From contig OZ024750.1 of NCBI GenBank assembly GCA_964016885.1, positions 46,376,001 through 46,440,000 on the forward strand: 64,000 nt of DNA. The letters are read 5' to 3'. Below, one piece after another: positions 15,245 to 28,959 of the stretch. The translations under genes were made by a program, and so were the position numbers. Each line of letters opens with the position of its first letter. Position 1 is the first letter of the stretch. The stretch comes from Eledone cirrhosa (Eukaryota). The notes beneath the pieces are model-generated. The model searched no databases. It saw only the letters and a program-made list of their open reading frames with translations, and had not been told where the DNA came from.

Positions 15245-15717
15245 ATCGTGTTAAGTAAGATATATCGTGTTAAGTAAGATATATCATGTTAAGTAAGATA
15301 TATCGTGTTAAGTAAGATATATCGTGTGAATTAAGATATATCGTGTTAAGTAAAATATATCGTGTTAAGTAGATATATCGTGTTAAGTAGATATATCGTG
15401 TTAAGTAAGATATATCGTGTTAAGTAAGATATATCGAGTTAAGTAAGATATATCGTGTTAACTAAGATATATCGTGTTAACTAAGATATATCGTGTTAAG
15501 TAAGATATATCGTGTTAAGTAAGATATATCGTGTTAAGTAGATATATCGTGTTAACTAAGATATATCGTGTTAAGTAAGATATATCGTGTTAAGTAGATA
15601 TATGGTGTTAAGTAAGATATATCGTTTTAATAAGATATATCGTGTTAAGTAAGATATATCGTGTTAAGTAAGATATATCGTGTTAAGTAAGATATATCGT
15701 GTTAAGTAAGATATATC
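15245..15717. repeat. 19-bp minisatellite TCGTGTTAAGTAAGATATA, ~25 copies
   Basis: Direct inspection; 18-bp variants are interspersed. Confidence 0.95.
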
Positions 15718-15979
15718 TATTGATACATACAATACGCGTTTTATATGTTTAAGAATAATTTATTAAGAAACATATATGGGAAGTACTAAAATAGACATAA
15801 TTTTATGTCTGTAGGTGTGGTGTGGCCTGTACGATGTGTATGTATGTACATACACATGCACCCCCCCCCCCCCCCACACACACACACATCTATATATCTA
15901 TATATATATATATCAACTAGCAGTAACGTGACAACACCGTGATTTAGGATAAAGGCGTATATGAAAGACTATACATTAT

Positions 15980-16023
<44 letters not shown>

Positions 16024-16025
<2 letters not shown>

Positions 16026-16489
16026 AAAGTTATATTTAAATTGTTGGGTTACAACTAGTAAATATTTATAACTGATATAAAAGCACTCAACAAGTATTTG
16101 GAGTATATTTACGATATTAAATAAATGGAAACTATATTTATAAAACCATATTTATTTCATTATATATATTTCAGGGATATCATATTAACAATATGTTATG
16201 CCTTCTTCAGACAAAATACAATATAGACAGTTTTATAGATAAATAGATGTGACATACCGTTCAACATCGACTTGTATTTGAAAAAGTTGATTTGGCAGTA
16301 TCAACGCCAAATCAACTTTTTCAAATACAAGTCGATGTTGAACGGTATGTCACATCTATTTATCTATAAAACTGTCTATATTGTATTTTGTCTGAAGAAG
16401 GCATAACATATTGTTAATATGATATCCCTGAAATATATATAATGAAATAAATATGGTTTTATAAATATAGTTTCCATTTATTTAATATC

Positions 16490-16492
<3 letters not shown>
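16024..16492. mobile_element. Fold-back cassette, family A (187-bp arms 16110-16296 / 16306-16492, tail 16024-16109) in (TA)n
   Basis: The arms read as exact reverse complements around the 9-nt loop AGTATCAAC. TA runs flank both sides. Confidence 0.92.
16384..16449 (+). ncRNA. Type I hammerhead ribozyme motif (mirror copy on - strand at 16153-16218)
   Basis: TATTTTGT-CTGAAGA-AGG..stem II..CCT-GAAA-TATATA-TA^-ATGAAATA. Helix I pairs over 8 bp including two G-U pairs. Confidence 0.75.
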
Positions 16493-16539
<47 letters not shown>

Positions 16540-16553
<14 letters not shown>

Positions 16554-16952
16554 CTTTGTCTCTCTCTGTCTGTTTGTCTGTTTGTCTGTCTGTCTGGGTG
16601 TCTGTCAGTGTATCTGTCTGTTCCTATGCATTCTCAATATATGTATGTGAGTGTATGTGAGTGTGTGTGAGTGTATATGTGAGTGTAAGTGTGAGTATAT
16701 ATGTTTAGGCAACAATTTATTCATTTGTACACCAACAAAAAATTACACAATCAACATTGTTTACCCTAAGGTGCGTCAAGATTGACACATTTTCATTTCT
16801 AAATTGTATTATCATTACAATTTCGATATTTTTTTGATAATATAAATATACTTTGAAATAATTATGAGAAATAAAAACATATCTTCATATTTATTGTTTA
16901 CTAATCTGAAGGAGAACAGCAGTAACCCGGGCAACGCCGAGTAATTCAGCCA

Positions 16953-16955
<3 letters not shown>
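16540..16955 (+). mobile_element. Helitron-like non-autonomous element
   Basis: tatataaaatt..(GTCT)n start and CCCGGGCAACGCCG end, the same ends as 32933-33881. Related ends occur at 51095-51126 (-) and 55130-55300 (-). Confidence 0.55.
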
Positions 16956-17000
<45 letters not shown>

Positions 17001-17053
17001 CTACTTATCTGATATTTGCATTGCTTTATTGTGCTACAATAAAACTCACCTCC

Positions 17054-17089
<36 letters not shown>

Positions 17090-17720
17090 CAGAAGATCCC
17101 GTTAAGGGTGAAAGCAGCGATTATTCTCATATTTACACATATTTTTTCCCCCCGATGTGACCCGTCTATTTCGTTCTTACTGCTTCCTCTTTCTCTGTAT
17201 CTTTACCCTCTCTAACAGTCACTCTCTCTGTTAGCCTCTTCTTCACCCTTCACTCACTCACTCTCAGTTACTACCTCTCCTCCTCCTCCTTCCCGTTTGA
17301 CCTGTGCGTAATTATTTTCTTTCGCACGCTTGGCCAGGCCGGTTCGCCTTTTTTCTCTCTCTCGTCTACGATTTCACAGAACTTATGTTCACCGCATTCA
17401 CGGACTAAACCCCTTCTTCCTCCCGTTAGACCTGTGCGGAATTCCTTCCTTGCTCACATTTCAACCAGGTTTGATGGTCTTTATTCTCTCTCGTTCACGA
17501 TTTCACCGAACTTATATTCATGGAAATTTGGGACTTGACTCGTTCTTCCTCACTTTTCGTTGCTTCACCATCTTTGTTTGTTTACACTCTCGCTGTTCCC
17601 TTTATTTACGTGTCCCAACGACTTTCTTTAGCCGTTGCTCGCACCAACCGGAGGTATATGGTCTTTAAAGCGAAGTAATACCGATGATGGTTGGAAGATC
17701 ACTGATGAAGGACCACTTTA

Positions 17721-17763
<43 letters not shown>

Positions 17764-17884
17764 CAAAGTTCTTTCTAACAAAGTTCTTTCATCGCACATC
17801 TGCAACATCATCAGTGGTACTATTATGTTCCTCATGTTGTATTGTATATCTACGCCAAGTGATAATACAACAGGAGGAACATAA

Positions 17885-17935
17885 TAGTACCACTGATGAT
17901 GTTGCAGATGTGCAACGAAAGAACTTTGTTAACTA
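17885..17935 (+). ncRNA. Hammerhead motif, family B (fold-back 17776-17931, tail to ~18090)
   Basis: CTGATGA-T-GTTGCA-gatg-TGCAAC-GAAA-GAAC-TT. Antisense copy at 17776-17832. Helix I is imperfect. Confidence 0.65.
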
Positions 17936-18088
17936 TATATATGTGTTTATATCTATATTATATCTGTATCTTTGAGCTGTGGTCAGTCAATGATAAACAT
18001 TGAGGACCAAATGAATTAACTGCTGACATATAAAAGATACAGAAGCGAAAACCAACCAAACAGTGAGTGTGTTCTGTTATTATTTCTG

Positions 18089-18146
<58 letters not shown>

Positions 18147-18304
18147 TGTTTTATATATATATATATATAGTAATAAAGTAGAGGCATAACTGCAAGCTAG
18201 CGCACATTCATGTTGCGATCGGACTTTTACCTCCTTACTATACACACTCACCATTTATTACAACTCCGATTTATAGTACGCTCAGTCTTCGCTCGGCACA
18301 CACA

Positions 18305-19352
<1,048 letters not shown>

Positions 19353-19832
19353 ATATGTATATATATATATATATATATTTCGTTTCTGAATTTGTTTAGC
19401 AACATGACCCTCCCAAAGTATAACAATATATATATATACATATATATATTGTGAAAGCAGGAAAGTACTTATTCAATTAACACTTATTTAATATTCTACC
19501 ATACTATTTCATTCTAATAGCAGGTGAATAGGCAGCATTGGTAGAGAGTCAGACATGCTTAACAGCGTGGTTACGTCCCTTTACGATCTGAGTTCAATTC
19601 CCACCGAGGTTAACTTTGCCTTTCATCCTTACGAGGTCGATAAAATAAAGTACCAGTAATGTACTGGGTAATTGCTGGCCTTGTGCCAAAAGTAGAAACA
19701 ATTATAATTTTAAAGGATTGCAAATAAAACGATTTGATCAGACAAAGTTGGAATTCCTTTTATTAATATAATCCTCTATACACAATCATGCACACCCGAG
19801 TATATTTATTTATATCTATATCTATCTATCTA

Positions 19833-19880
<48 letters not shown>

Positions 19881-19883
<3 letters not shown>

Positions 19884-20050
19884 CGGAGGAAATGTGGTAA
19901 GGAACCAAGTGGACCATAACGCACCAAAGTACTCAATACTTAGGGTAGTAGAGTGGCTAATAGGAACGAGTAGGACCCAGACGGCTGAGCTCAAGCCGTT
20001 TCGACATCGAAACGGCTTGAGCTCAGCCGTCGGGGTCCTACTCGTTCCTA
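19881..20050 (-). mobile_element. Fold-back cassette, family C (44-bp arms, 2-nt loop, 80-nt tail)
   Basis: Arms 19961-20004 / 20007-20050 with TA runs on both sides. Same family as 47201-47405 and window bases 1-10. Confidence 0.9.
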
Positions 20051-20802
20051 TATATATATATAAAGAAAGAGAGAGAGAGATGCATGTTTCTAATATTTCG
20101 TCTTCGAATTGTACAAATAACACGTGAGTTTGTTTTTTAAAGGTGAAAGAAACATGTTGTTAAGTTGTGAATCAACTGTTTCATATGTTGTGATTCGTTT
20201 TCATATTTTCAGACTAGCTTACAATCTTGTATATTTCTCGTGTTTTTCATAATGGACACATATCTATTGGTTCAAAGGTAATTCGAAATCAGGGTGAGAC
20301 AACTCGGGTTTAATTAACATGAAGGCGATTTCAGATTTTGAGAAGGTAACGTAAAACTGCTCTATATTGTGGGGAGTGTGGATTAAATGAATAAGGTTTT
20401 TTCTTATATTATATTTCTTGAATATTGTAATAATAAAAAAGGAAGAGAAAATGATGCAGATAAAAAGAAAATTGAAACGAATGCGAAAGTATATGGGAGG
20501 TTGTGGGCGGGGGAACAAATACTTGATTATCGGCTCGACAGAACGTTTAAGCTGATGGAATCATGAAAGTAAAACTGTAGAGAAAAGCCCATGATATTCG
20601 AGGTACTAACCATTCTACTTCACGGGCTTGTTCCTCAGGGATGATGTAAACATCACGATTTAGTGGAGGTAAATAACTGTGCTGGGATTAAGGACACAGG
20701 AAGGTTGCAATGGCGAATGCAAAATAGCTGATCGGGAGCTGAGGAATTTACCAGGGACTTTCAAGAACTCAAATGTATTCACATATTGTAAATACTTGAC
20801 CT

Positions 20803-21197
20803 GAAAAATGCGCAAGCTCAAAAGAGCCACAGAATGTTATAATAAACTTTCAAAAGTGTAGGACTAGAGTTGTTGCTCAAAAATATTGTAATCATTATCT
20901 ATCGTACACTCTGTGGCATCCTTTTATAAAGAAGAGACTCATAAAGAACTCAAGACGACACGATAATTATTTAAGCTAATGTTCAATATCTCATATTAGA
21001 TGTTTAGTAATGATTAATACGAAATGCACTTAAACCGAATTCTATATTATAAATTCGCTTAAATAATTATCGTGTCGACTTGAGTTCGTTATGAGTCTCG
21101 TTTTTATAAAAGGATGCCTCAGAGTGTACGATAGATGATTACACTTTTGAAGGTTTATTATAACATTCTGTGGCTCTTTTGAGCTTGCGCATTTTTC
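20803..21197. repeat. Long imperfect inverted repeat (~150-bp arms)
   Basis: gaaaaatgcgcaagctcaaaagagcc... mirrors ...ggctcttttgagcttgcgcatttttc. The left arm has a ~30-bp insertion. Confidence 0.8.
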
Positions 21198-22301
21198 CGC
21201 TCTATTTTAATATTGTTTTAAGGCAACGCTTCTAATAACTCTAGTTAAACATATAAATATATAAATAATAAATTATCGTTGTAATGTAATAAGATTATAT
21301 AATTGTTATTTTATAAATGATCTTATAAATATTATTGTAAGATGTATAAAAATATTTTCAGACTTTTAATATAAACAACTACAAAAAAACAATCAATAAT
21401 AAATAAATATATTTTACATAATAATTGTTATAGTTGAATTAATAAAAAATAAATATTACATACAAATAGTCTAACATAATAATAAAAAAATAATCTAACA
21501 TAATAATAATAAAATAATCTAACATAAAACGAACAATAATATGGACAAATATACAAGTAAATATGATACATTATAAGCATGTTATAACGAACTGAAAAAA
21601 ATAGTTAATATAAATTTTAAAAAAATCATATATAAATTTACAGAACGTTTAAGCTGCACCCCGCTGATGGAATCACGAAAGTAAAACCGTAGAGAACAGC
21701 CCATGATATTCGAGGTACAAACCAAACTTACCAAAACGAGAAAAATATTTTGATGATAAACGACGAAATACAGGAGGAAGATTCGAAAGCGAAACGATAA
21801 ATAAACGTGCAAACAAAGAGGCGGATGCCTTTGAGCAACAACTACTCTCATTGGTTTATTAGCCAATAAGACGATGAAATTAGCCAATAAGACGATACAT
21901 TACAAAAGATGTTTGGCAGGGATCACCACGGCCAGCGAAACTCCTTGAATTTTTTTTATTCACAAGCTGTCAGAAATGCAGACTTAAAATGCAGTGACTA
22001 ACAACAGAATGTTGTTGTTAGTCACCGCGTGTCTAACAGATAATGTAAAACAACTTTTTATTACAACTTTCACCAAACATTTCCAAATTTCCCAGACAGA
22101 ACTCAAACCTTACAACTTATATTTCAAATTTAAGATCGATGGTGCCGTGAAATTATCCCTTCTCTATGTTGTTTGTTCATCTCACATATACTAACACTCA
22201 TTCATTCATATGTAGATATTCATACATACACATTCACTCACGCATACACACACAAAGAGAAATATATATATGTATGTATATATGTATGTATTCTGTTTAC
22301 C

Positions 22302-22382
<81 letters not shown>

Positions 22383-22649
22383 TGTGTGTGTGTATATATG
22401 TACATATACAATCTATATGAATGATGTACAAAACCAAACATATCCGCTTTCACCATTTAACATTTACACATGCAGTCATACACACACACACACACATACC
22501 TGCATACATAATGCATACATATACATATATATATATATATATACCCCACCACCACCCCACTCTCAAGAGCGTGAAACTAATAAACCTTTGTTCGTACTGC
22601 CTCTCTGTTTTGTTCCCGTTCAATTTTTTACTATATACATACATACATA

Positions 22650-22680
<31 letters not shown>

Positions 22681-23099
22681 CATACATGCATACTCATATA
22701 CATATGCATACACACTCACACATACACCAACGTGCAAAAGCACACAAGCATGAACACACATAAAAAAACACACACACAAACCATATACATGCGTATAGCA
22801 GCGAAAATGTTCAAGATATTATAACATGAATATTAATGTAAAATATTTTCCCCGTATGCTTTTCGACTGAACAAATCGAGTCTTTCTAATTGGTAACATG
22901 ACCAGACTGCGAGCTGATTTGCTTTCATTCGCATAATGTTTATTTATAGAAAGATTTTGTAAACGACACTGCACTGATCTTTATCAAAATTCAGCACTAC
23001 CCCTTTAGCTATCTGCTGTCCTGATTTCCACTTTTTTCCCACTAAGCCATAAATAAATAAATAAATAAATAAATGAATAAATGTATAAATAAATAAATA

Positions 23100-24740
23100 A
23101 TTGTTTCTATTTTTGGCACAAGGCCAGCAAATACCCAGTACATTACTGGTACTTTATTTTATCGACCCCGTAAAGATGAAAGGCGAAATTAACCTCGACG
23201 GGATTTGAACTCAGAATGGTAAGGGCCGTAACTCTATGCGTCAAAGCATGGTGTCCGACCCTCTACCGATACTGCCAATCCACCATAAATAAATAAATAA
23301 TTGTTTCTGCTTTTGGCACAAGGGCAGCAATTTGGAGAGAGGGGAAAGTCGATTAAATCGACCCTAGTTCATGACTGGTACTTTATTTTATCGACCCCTT
23401 AAGAATGTAAGGCGAAGCTAAATTCAGCGGCATTTGAATTCAGACCGTAAAGAGCTGTAACTCTATGCTACAAAGCATAGTGTCCGACGTTCTACCGATA
23501 CTATCAAACCACTAATCTACCAATATACCAATAATTGTTTCTACTTTAGGCACAATGCCAGCAATTACCAAGTGCATTACTGGTACTTTATTTTATCTAC
23601 CCCGTAAGGATGAAAGGCAAAGTCAACCTCGGCGGGATTTGAACTCAGATCGTAAAGGGGCGTAACTATGCTGGAAATCATGGCGTCCGACCCTCTACCG
23701 ATACTGCAAATCCACCGCCACTATATACTAATATACCAATAATGGTATCTAATTTAAGTACAAGGCCAGCACTTTGGGCTGAATTTATCGACCCTAGAAC
23801 ATGACTAGAATTTTCTTTTATCGACCGCGGCAAAGGGAAAGACAAAATTGAACAATGTGGGTTGTTAACTAACAACATAAACATCCATTAATAAATAATA
23901 AGAATGGTTCCTAATTTAGATACTCAACCGAGAATTTGGGGGCTGAAGCTAAAGTCGATAATATAAATCCCAGTAATTTATTTTATCGATCCCGAAATTT
24001 TGAAAGGTAAATGTCACTTTGGCGTGATTTAAAACTACATCATAGACGTCCGTAACGAAATACTGCAATGTATTTCATCCAACTCACTACCGATTCTGCC
24101 AAACCACTGTTCACTGGTGTAATACATCTCCAGCCTTAGAATCTGAGTGACGAAACAATAAAAATAATTGTTTCTCCTTTTGGCACAAGGACAGCAATTA
24201 TCCAGTGCATTACTGGTACTTTATTTTATCGACCCCGTAAGGATGAAAGTCAAAGTTAACCTCGACAGGATGTGAACTCAGACCGTAAAGGGGCATAACT
24301 ATGATGGAAAGGAAATAATATTAATAATAATGTTCCTACTTTTTGCATAAGGCCAGCAATTATCCAGTGCATTACTGGTACTTTATTTTATCGACCTCGT
24401 AAGGATGAAAGGCAAAGTTAACCTCGGCGGGATTTGAACTCAGAATAGCAAGGGCCGTAACTCTATGCGTCAAAGCATGGCAATAATGTTCCTACTTTTT
24501 GCATAAGGCCAGCAATTACCTGTGTATTACTGGTACTTTATTTTATCGACCCCATAAGGATGAAAGGCAAAGTTAACCTCGGCGGGATTTGAACTCAGAA
24601 TAGCAAGGGCCGTAACTCTATGCGTCAAAGCATGGCAATAATGTTCCTACTTTTTGCATAAGGCCAGCAATTACCAGTGTATTACTGGTACTTTATTTTA
24701 TCGACACCATAAGGATGAAAGGCAAGGCTAACCTCGGTGT
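23100..24740 (-). mobile_element. Cluster of at least 7 same-orientation SINEs
   Basis: Repeated reverse-complement SINE core. The last three units (24325-24740) have ~155-bp period. Confidence 0.88.
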
Positions 24741-24789
24741 GATTGATTATATTAATTATTAATATAATTTCTTTTATTTGCCAAATGAT

Positions 24790-25180
24790 ATTGGATTGAA
24801 AGGGAATTACAGAGTCAATTAACAATAGCAACCTCCCATCTGAACAACAATGGAATTAAAGGCGAGTGACATACTGGCCTCTGGACCAGATAAAATTTAT
24901 GCAGTATGGAAATGCCTCAACCGATTATGATCTGGTGTTGGTCGTACAAAAGCCTATCTGGCAAAATGGGGATATTTAACGAATGGGGACGTTATGTGTG
25001 ACTGCGGAATCGAACCACAGACTACGCAGCACCTCCTGATATGCCCTCTACTGGAACACCCCTGCACAACATTGGACTTGGCAGAGTTTAATGAGAAAGG
25101 GCAGCAATGTGTTCAGCTGTGGCAGAACCCTATCTAGCCAAGATTTGTAGCCGACAATCTTGTAGACACGATAAGAAGAA
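24790..25180 (+). mobile_element. Ingi/Vingi-type LINE 3' fragment
   Basis: Manual translation WKCLNRL*SGVGRTKAYLAKWG...CDCGIEPQTTQHLLICP... followed by a short 3' UTR ending AAGAAGAA. Confidence 0.75.
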
Positions 25181-25459
25181 TTATTTACAACACTAAGGTG
25201 TGCCTTACATAGATATGAGAGAGAAAACAAACATCACATGTATTCATATTATACATTTTGTGAATAATATTGTCCTTTCTGCCTGAAGGAAATCTGCTAG
25301 AGGAGACTTTACAAGTTAGAACCTTCAGGTAGGGGTTTATATGGAAATGTAAAAAGATAAGACAAGATGACTTGTAAACACTGTATACTAAATAGGTAGA
25401 TATGAATAGTATGTAGTATACAATGGCGGTGATGATGATGATATTGGAGGTGATGGTGG

Positions 25460-25494
<35 letters not shown>

Positions 25495-25599
25495 GTGCCA
25501 GGAGGTTTATAAGGATGATGATGATGAGGAAAATGATTATTTTGATGAAGATAATGATGACGATGATGATGATAATGATGATGACGACGATGATGATTA

Positions 25600-25636
<37 letters not shown>

Positions 25637-26200
25637 AGTGCTGGTGGTGATAATGAGAAAAATATTAATGTTTTTTATTCAAATGTGTTGCTTGTTTATT
25701 TGGTTCATCAGACATTACTTTAAAATATTTATATCAATAAACATAACCATTTTTTTTAGAAATGTCTTTTTAAGAGTAAAATCAATAGTATATTCAGCAG
25801 TTTGTTGCTAGAGATTATTTTATTAACGACAACTTTTTTTGGATGTAGAAAGCAATGTCGACCCGAATTTGATTTTATTGAGAAATATTTAATTCTATTT
25901 AAATTATATGTTGTAAGAACTAAGTCCAGTGGCCTAAGACTTCTGTCAAACTCATCACTGTGTGGAAATTACAATCTCGTTAAACTACCACATTCTGAGT
26001 ATAACGAACATATAGCGAACTATAGCGAACTATAAGCTTTAAATTAAAAATTGTAAATATACTAACACGAAAACATGTCAAGTTCAGGTTAAGGTAATAC
26101 GAAATAAAAACCCACCCCACTTCAGATCAAAAGTAAAAAATAAAGAAAGCAAGCAAACAATAAATAAATAAATAAAGGGAGAAAGAATGAGGGAAGGAAT

Positions 26201-26291
<91 letters not shown>

Positions 26292-26705
26292 TCGGGGAAA
26301 AGAAACGAAAACATGAATTTGGTGAAGATTAGAACGTAACAAATGTAATATGAACATGTTATGTTAAAATGTACTAAATACAAGTACATAAAAAAAAAAA
26401 ATCATGGGGTTTACAAATTATTAAGTCGTTAAAATATTCAGACATATCGACTTCAATAAAAATGATGACGTCAGCGTAAATGGAAGCCAGATATTTTGGA
26501 GAAGTGGGCGTTTAATACAAGACTATCAACTGCTGTGACATTTAAGCAGAGGCTTGCATAATGGGGGGATGTTCAGACCCACAGTGTGGCACCTGAGTTA
26601 GTTGACTTCTAGTATAGACTCCGGTTCATTAATATTTTGTGTGTTCAATGTGGTTGAAGGAAAGTACGCGGAAACCCACCATGTATATATGTATTTATAC
26701 ATATA

Positions 26706-26793
<88 letters not shown>

Positions 26794-26799
26794 TATATA

Positions 26800-26923
26800 G
26801 GAGGAGGTTATAGTTCACTTGAAACATTGTGTAATGAGGTATAAACGTATGTATATGTATGATAAAGCTAAAACAATGCACCTGCATTGTTTTGGCTTTA
26901 TTCTACATATACATACGTTTATA
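26800..26923. repeat. Small fold-back (~41-bp arms) with tail between microsatellites
   Basis: gtataaacgtatgtatatgta...aaaacaatgca-cc-tgcattgtttt...tacatatacatacgtttatac. Confidence 0.7.
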
Positions 26924-26935
26924 CACACACACACA

Positions 26936-27002
<67 letters not shown>

Positions 27003-27003
27003 G

Positions 27004-27410
27004 TAGTGAAAATATAACAAGGACGATTCGTTAATCCTTCATAACATTTATTGGTTGGTGACGCACGTTTCGCCACTGATCAGCTCAAGGTTCGATCTGA
27101 ATCGGTCTTACCCGACTCTGTAATCCACGTCTCGTCGGACCCCTTGTAATGTTAGTAGACAATTATTACAAGGGGTCCGACGAGCCGCGGATTACAGAGT
27201 CGGGTATGATCGATACAGATCGAACCTTGAGCTGATCAGTGGCGAAACGCGTGTTACCAACCAATAAATGTAATGAAGGAGTAAGCAATCGTCCTTGTTA
27301 TCTTTTCACTATAATACACTCTGTCTAGTCCTACACCTCGACACTGAATGGAACCTAAACATCGAGTGCTCACCCGGGTGAACCTACAGTAACTCCATGT
27401 TACACTCCCT

Positions 27411-27412
<2 letters not shown>
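27004..27412 (+). mobile_element. Fold-back cassette (~147-bp arms, 14-nt loop, ~100-nt tail) in (TA)n
   Basis: Arms 27004-27150 / 27165-27311. Contains GAAA-CGCGTG-TT^ (mirror arm GAAA-CGTGCG-TC^). Confidence 0.88.
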
Positions 27413-27450
<38 letters not shown>

Positions 27451-27887
27451 AGGTGATAATTACTGCTAGAAAACACCCGCCGAGAACGCAAGACTTGTTG
27501 ACGAAGTAAATCCTTTGTTATGTTGTCAAAGGCCATTAACTTGCAGACCCCTGCAAGCGGAATTAGTCGATCTTGGATTTACAGAAACCTAGCGTGGATG
27601 TTGTATGTTATATGTGATGTATATCGTATGCTATACGTTATGCGTTATGTGTTGCGTTCGATGTCCACGTGATGGTCTAGGTAAGTCAAAATCTTTTCCT
27701 GAGTTCAGTTTTTTTCGTTACTATGGCAATACGGCTGGACTGTCGGTCGCTATATTTTATTTGCAAAGCTGTCTAAATGTATTGTTATAACTCTGGGGTA
27801 TTATTCTCCATCGAGTGGTAAGTTGCATTCCGAATCTGCATTCGTTAGCTTAGCCGCAGCCAAAAGCTTTGTTAATGCTGTCAAAAA

Positions 27888-28062
<175 letters not shown>

Positions 28063-28089
28063 AAGGCGGGTAAAATTCCCGAGATCAAT

Positions 28090-28470
28090 GGACGAGTTCT
28101 CTCCAGGGTCTCTGTCCCTCATTATCGCTGCCATGTCCTGCGTCTCCCAACAGACCAGTGTCTGTCCTTAGGGCATCAACATACGTTAACCTTGGTCTTC
28201 CACTTCTAGTGTGTCGATGTAGGGGCTCCCAAAGGAGCACTGAGTGCAATGTCAACTCTGGATGTCAGTGAGCATGTCCAGCTAACCTCAGTCTTCTCTG
28301 TGTCACTTTTGAGCTGACTTTTGGGATGCTCCCATACAGCTCTGAGTTTTTCATCCTCAGTGTATACTGATTAATGTTCAGAGCCATCCTCAGCATTCTC
28401 GTGTAGCACCCATCCACCATCTGAGTGAGTTTCTTGGTCAGTGTCCAAGTCTCAGACCCATACAAATACA
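28090..28470 (-). mobile_element. RTE-clade LINE 3' fragment
   Basis: LYGSETWTLTKK...DGCYTRMLRMALNI...RRLRLAGH*...LLWEP...GRPRLTYVD, typical of the RTE ORF2 C-terminus, with an in-frame stop. Confidence 0.85.
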
Positions 28471-28532
28471 TTTCCTCAAAAATAATTTTTTCCGTTCTCT
28501 ATTTTTCTATTTCATCTTATATTTCTCATTCT

Positions 28533-28569
28533 GTTTTCTGATGAAAGACTAGTGTCTGAAACGTTAAAC
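28533..28569 (+). ncRNA. Minimal type I hammerhead motif
   Basis: GTTTT-CTGATGA-A-AGAC-tagt-GTCT-GAAA-CG-TT^-AAAC, with palindromic AACGTT helix III as in PLE hammerheads. Confidence 0.7.
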
Positions 28570-28959
28570 TAATATATTTTTTCCTTGACTTGGAAGAAAA
28601 TAAATCTAGGAGTATGTCTGATCGGCTAAAACTTTACACAACACAGAACCAGCCTGACTGAAGGCTATTGATTAAAAGTAGTTAGACAATATATGAGTGC
28701 ATGTTTACTGATCAAATGTTGCACAACTACCATTTAACATCATAATGTAGGTTATGTATCAAATCTACGATATATGAATCATAACACTGAAGCAGCAAAC
28801 AAAGCAAAAAACAATACTAAAAAATACAACAAAGAGTAAATTATTTCATCCAGTGACATCCAAATGGGGAAAATAAATTATTACAAAAATAAGTATTATG
28901 ATACATTAGCATTGGAAACATTGGAAACAGCTAACGTCCTTAGCTCTTTCTGCCCCAGC

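Noticed and set aside
15245-15717. CRISPR-like periodicity
   Set aside because: There are no unique spacers. It is a plain tandem minisatellite in a eukaryote.
17702-17722. CTGATGAAGGACC as a hammerhead
   Set aside because: No GAAA or helix III follows before the TA run. At most it is a truncated half.
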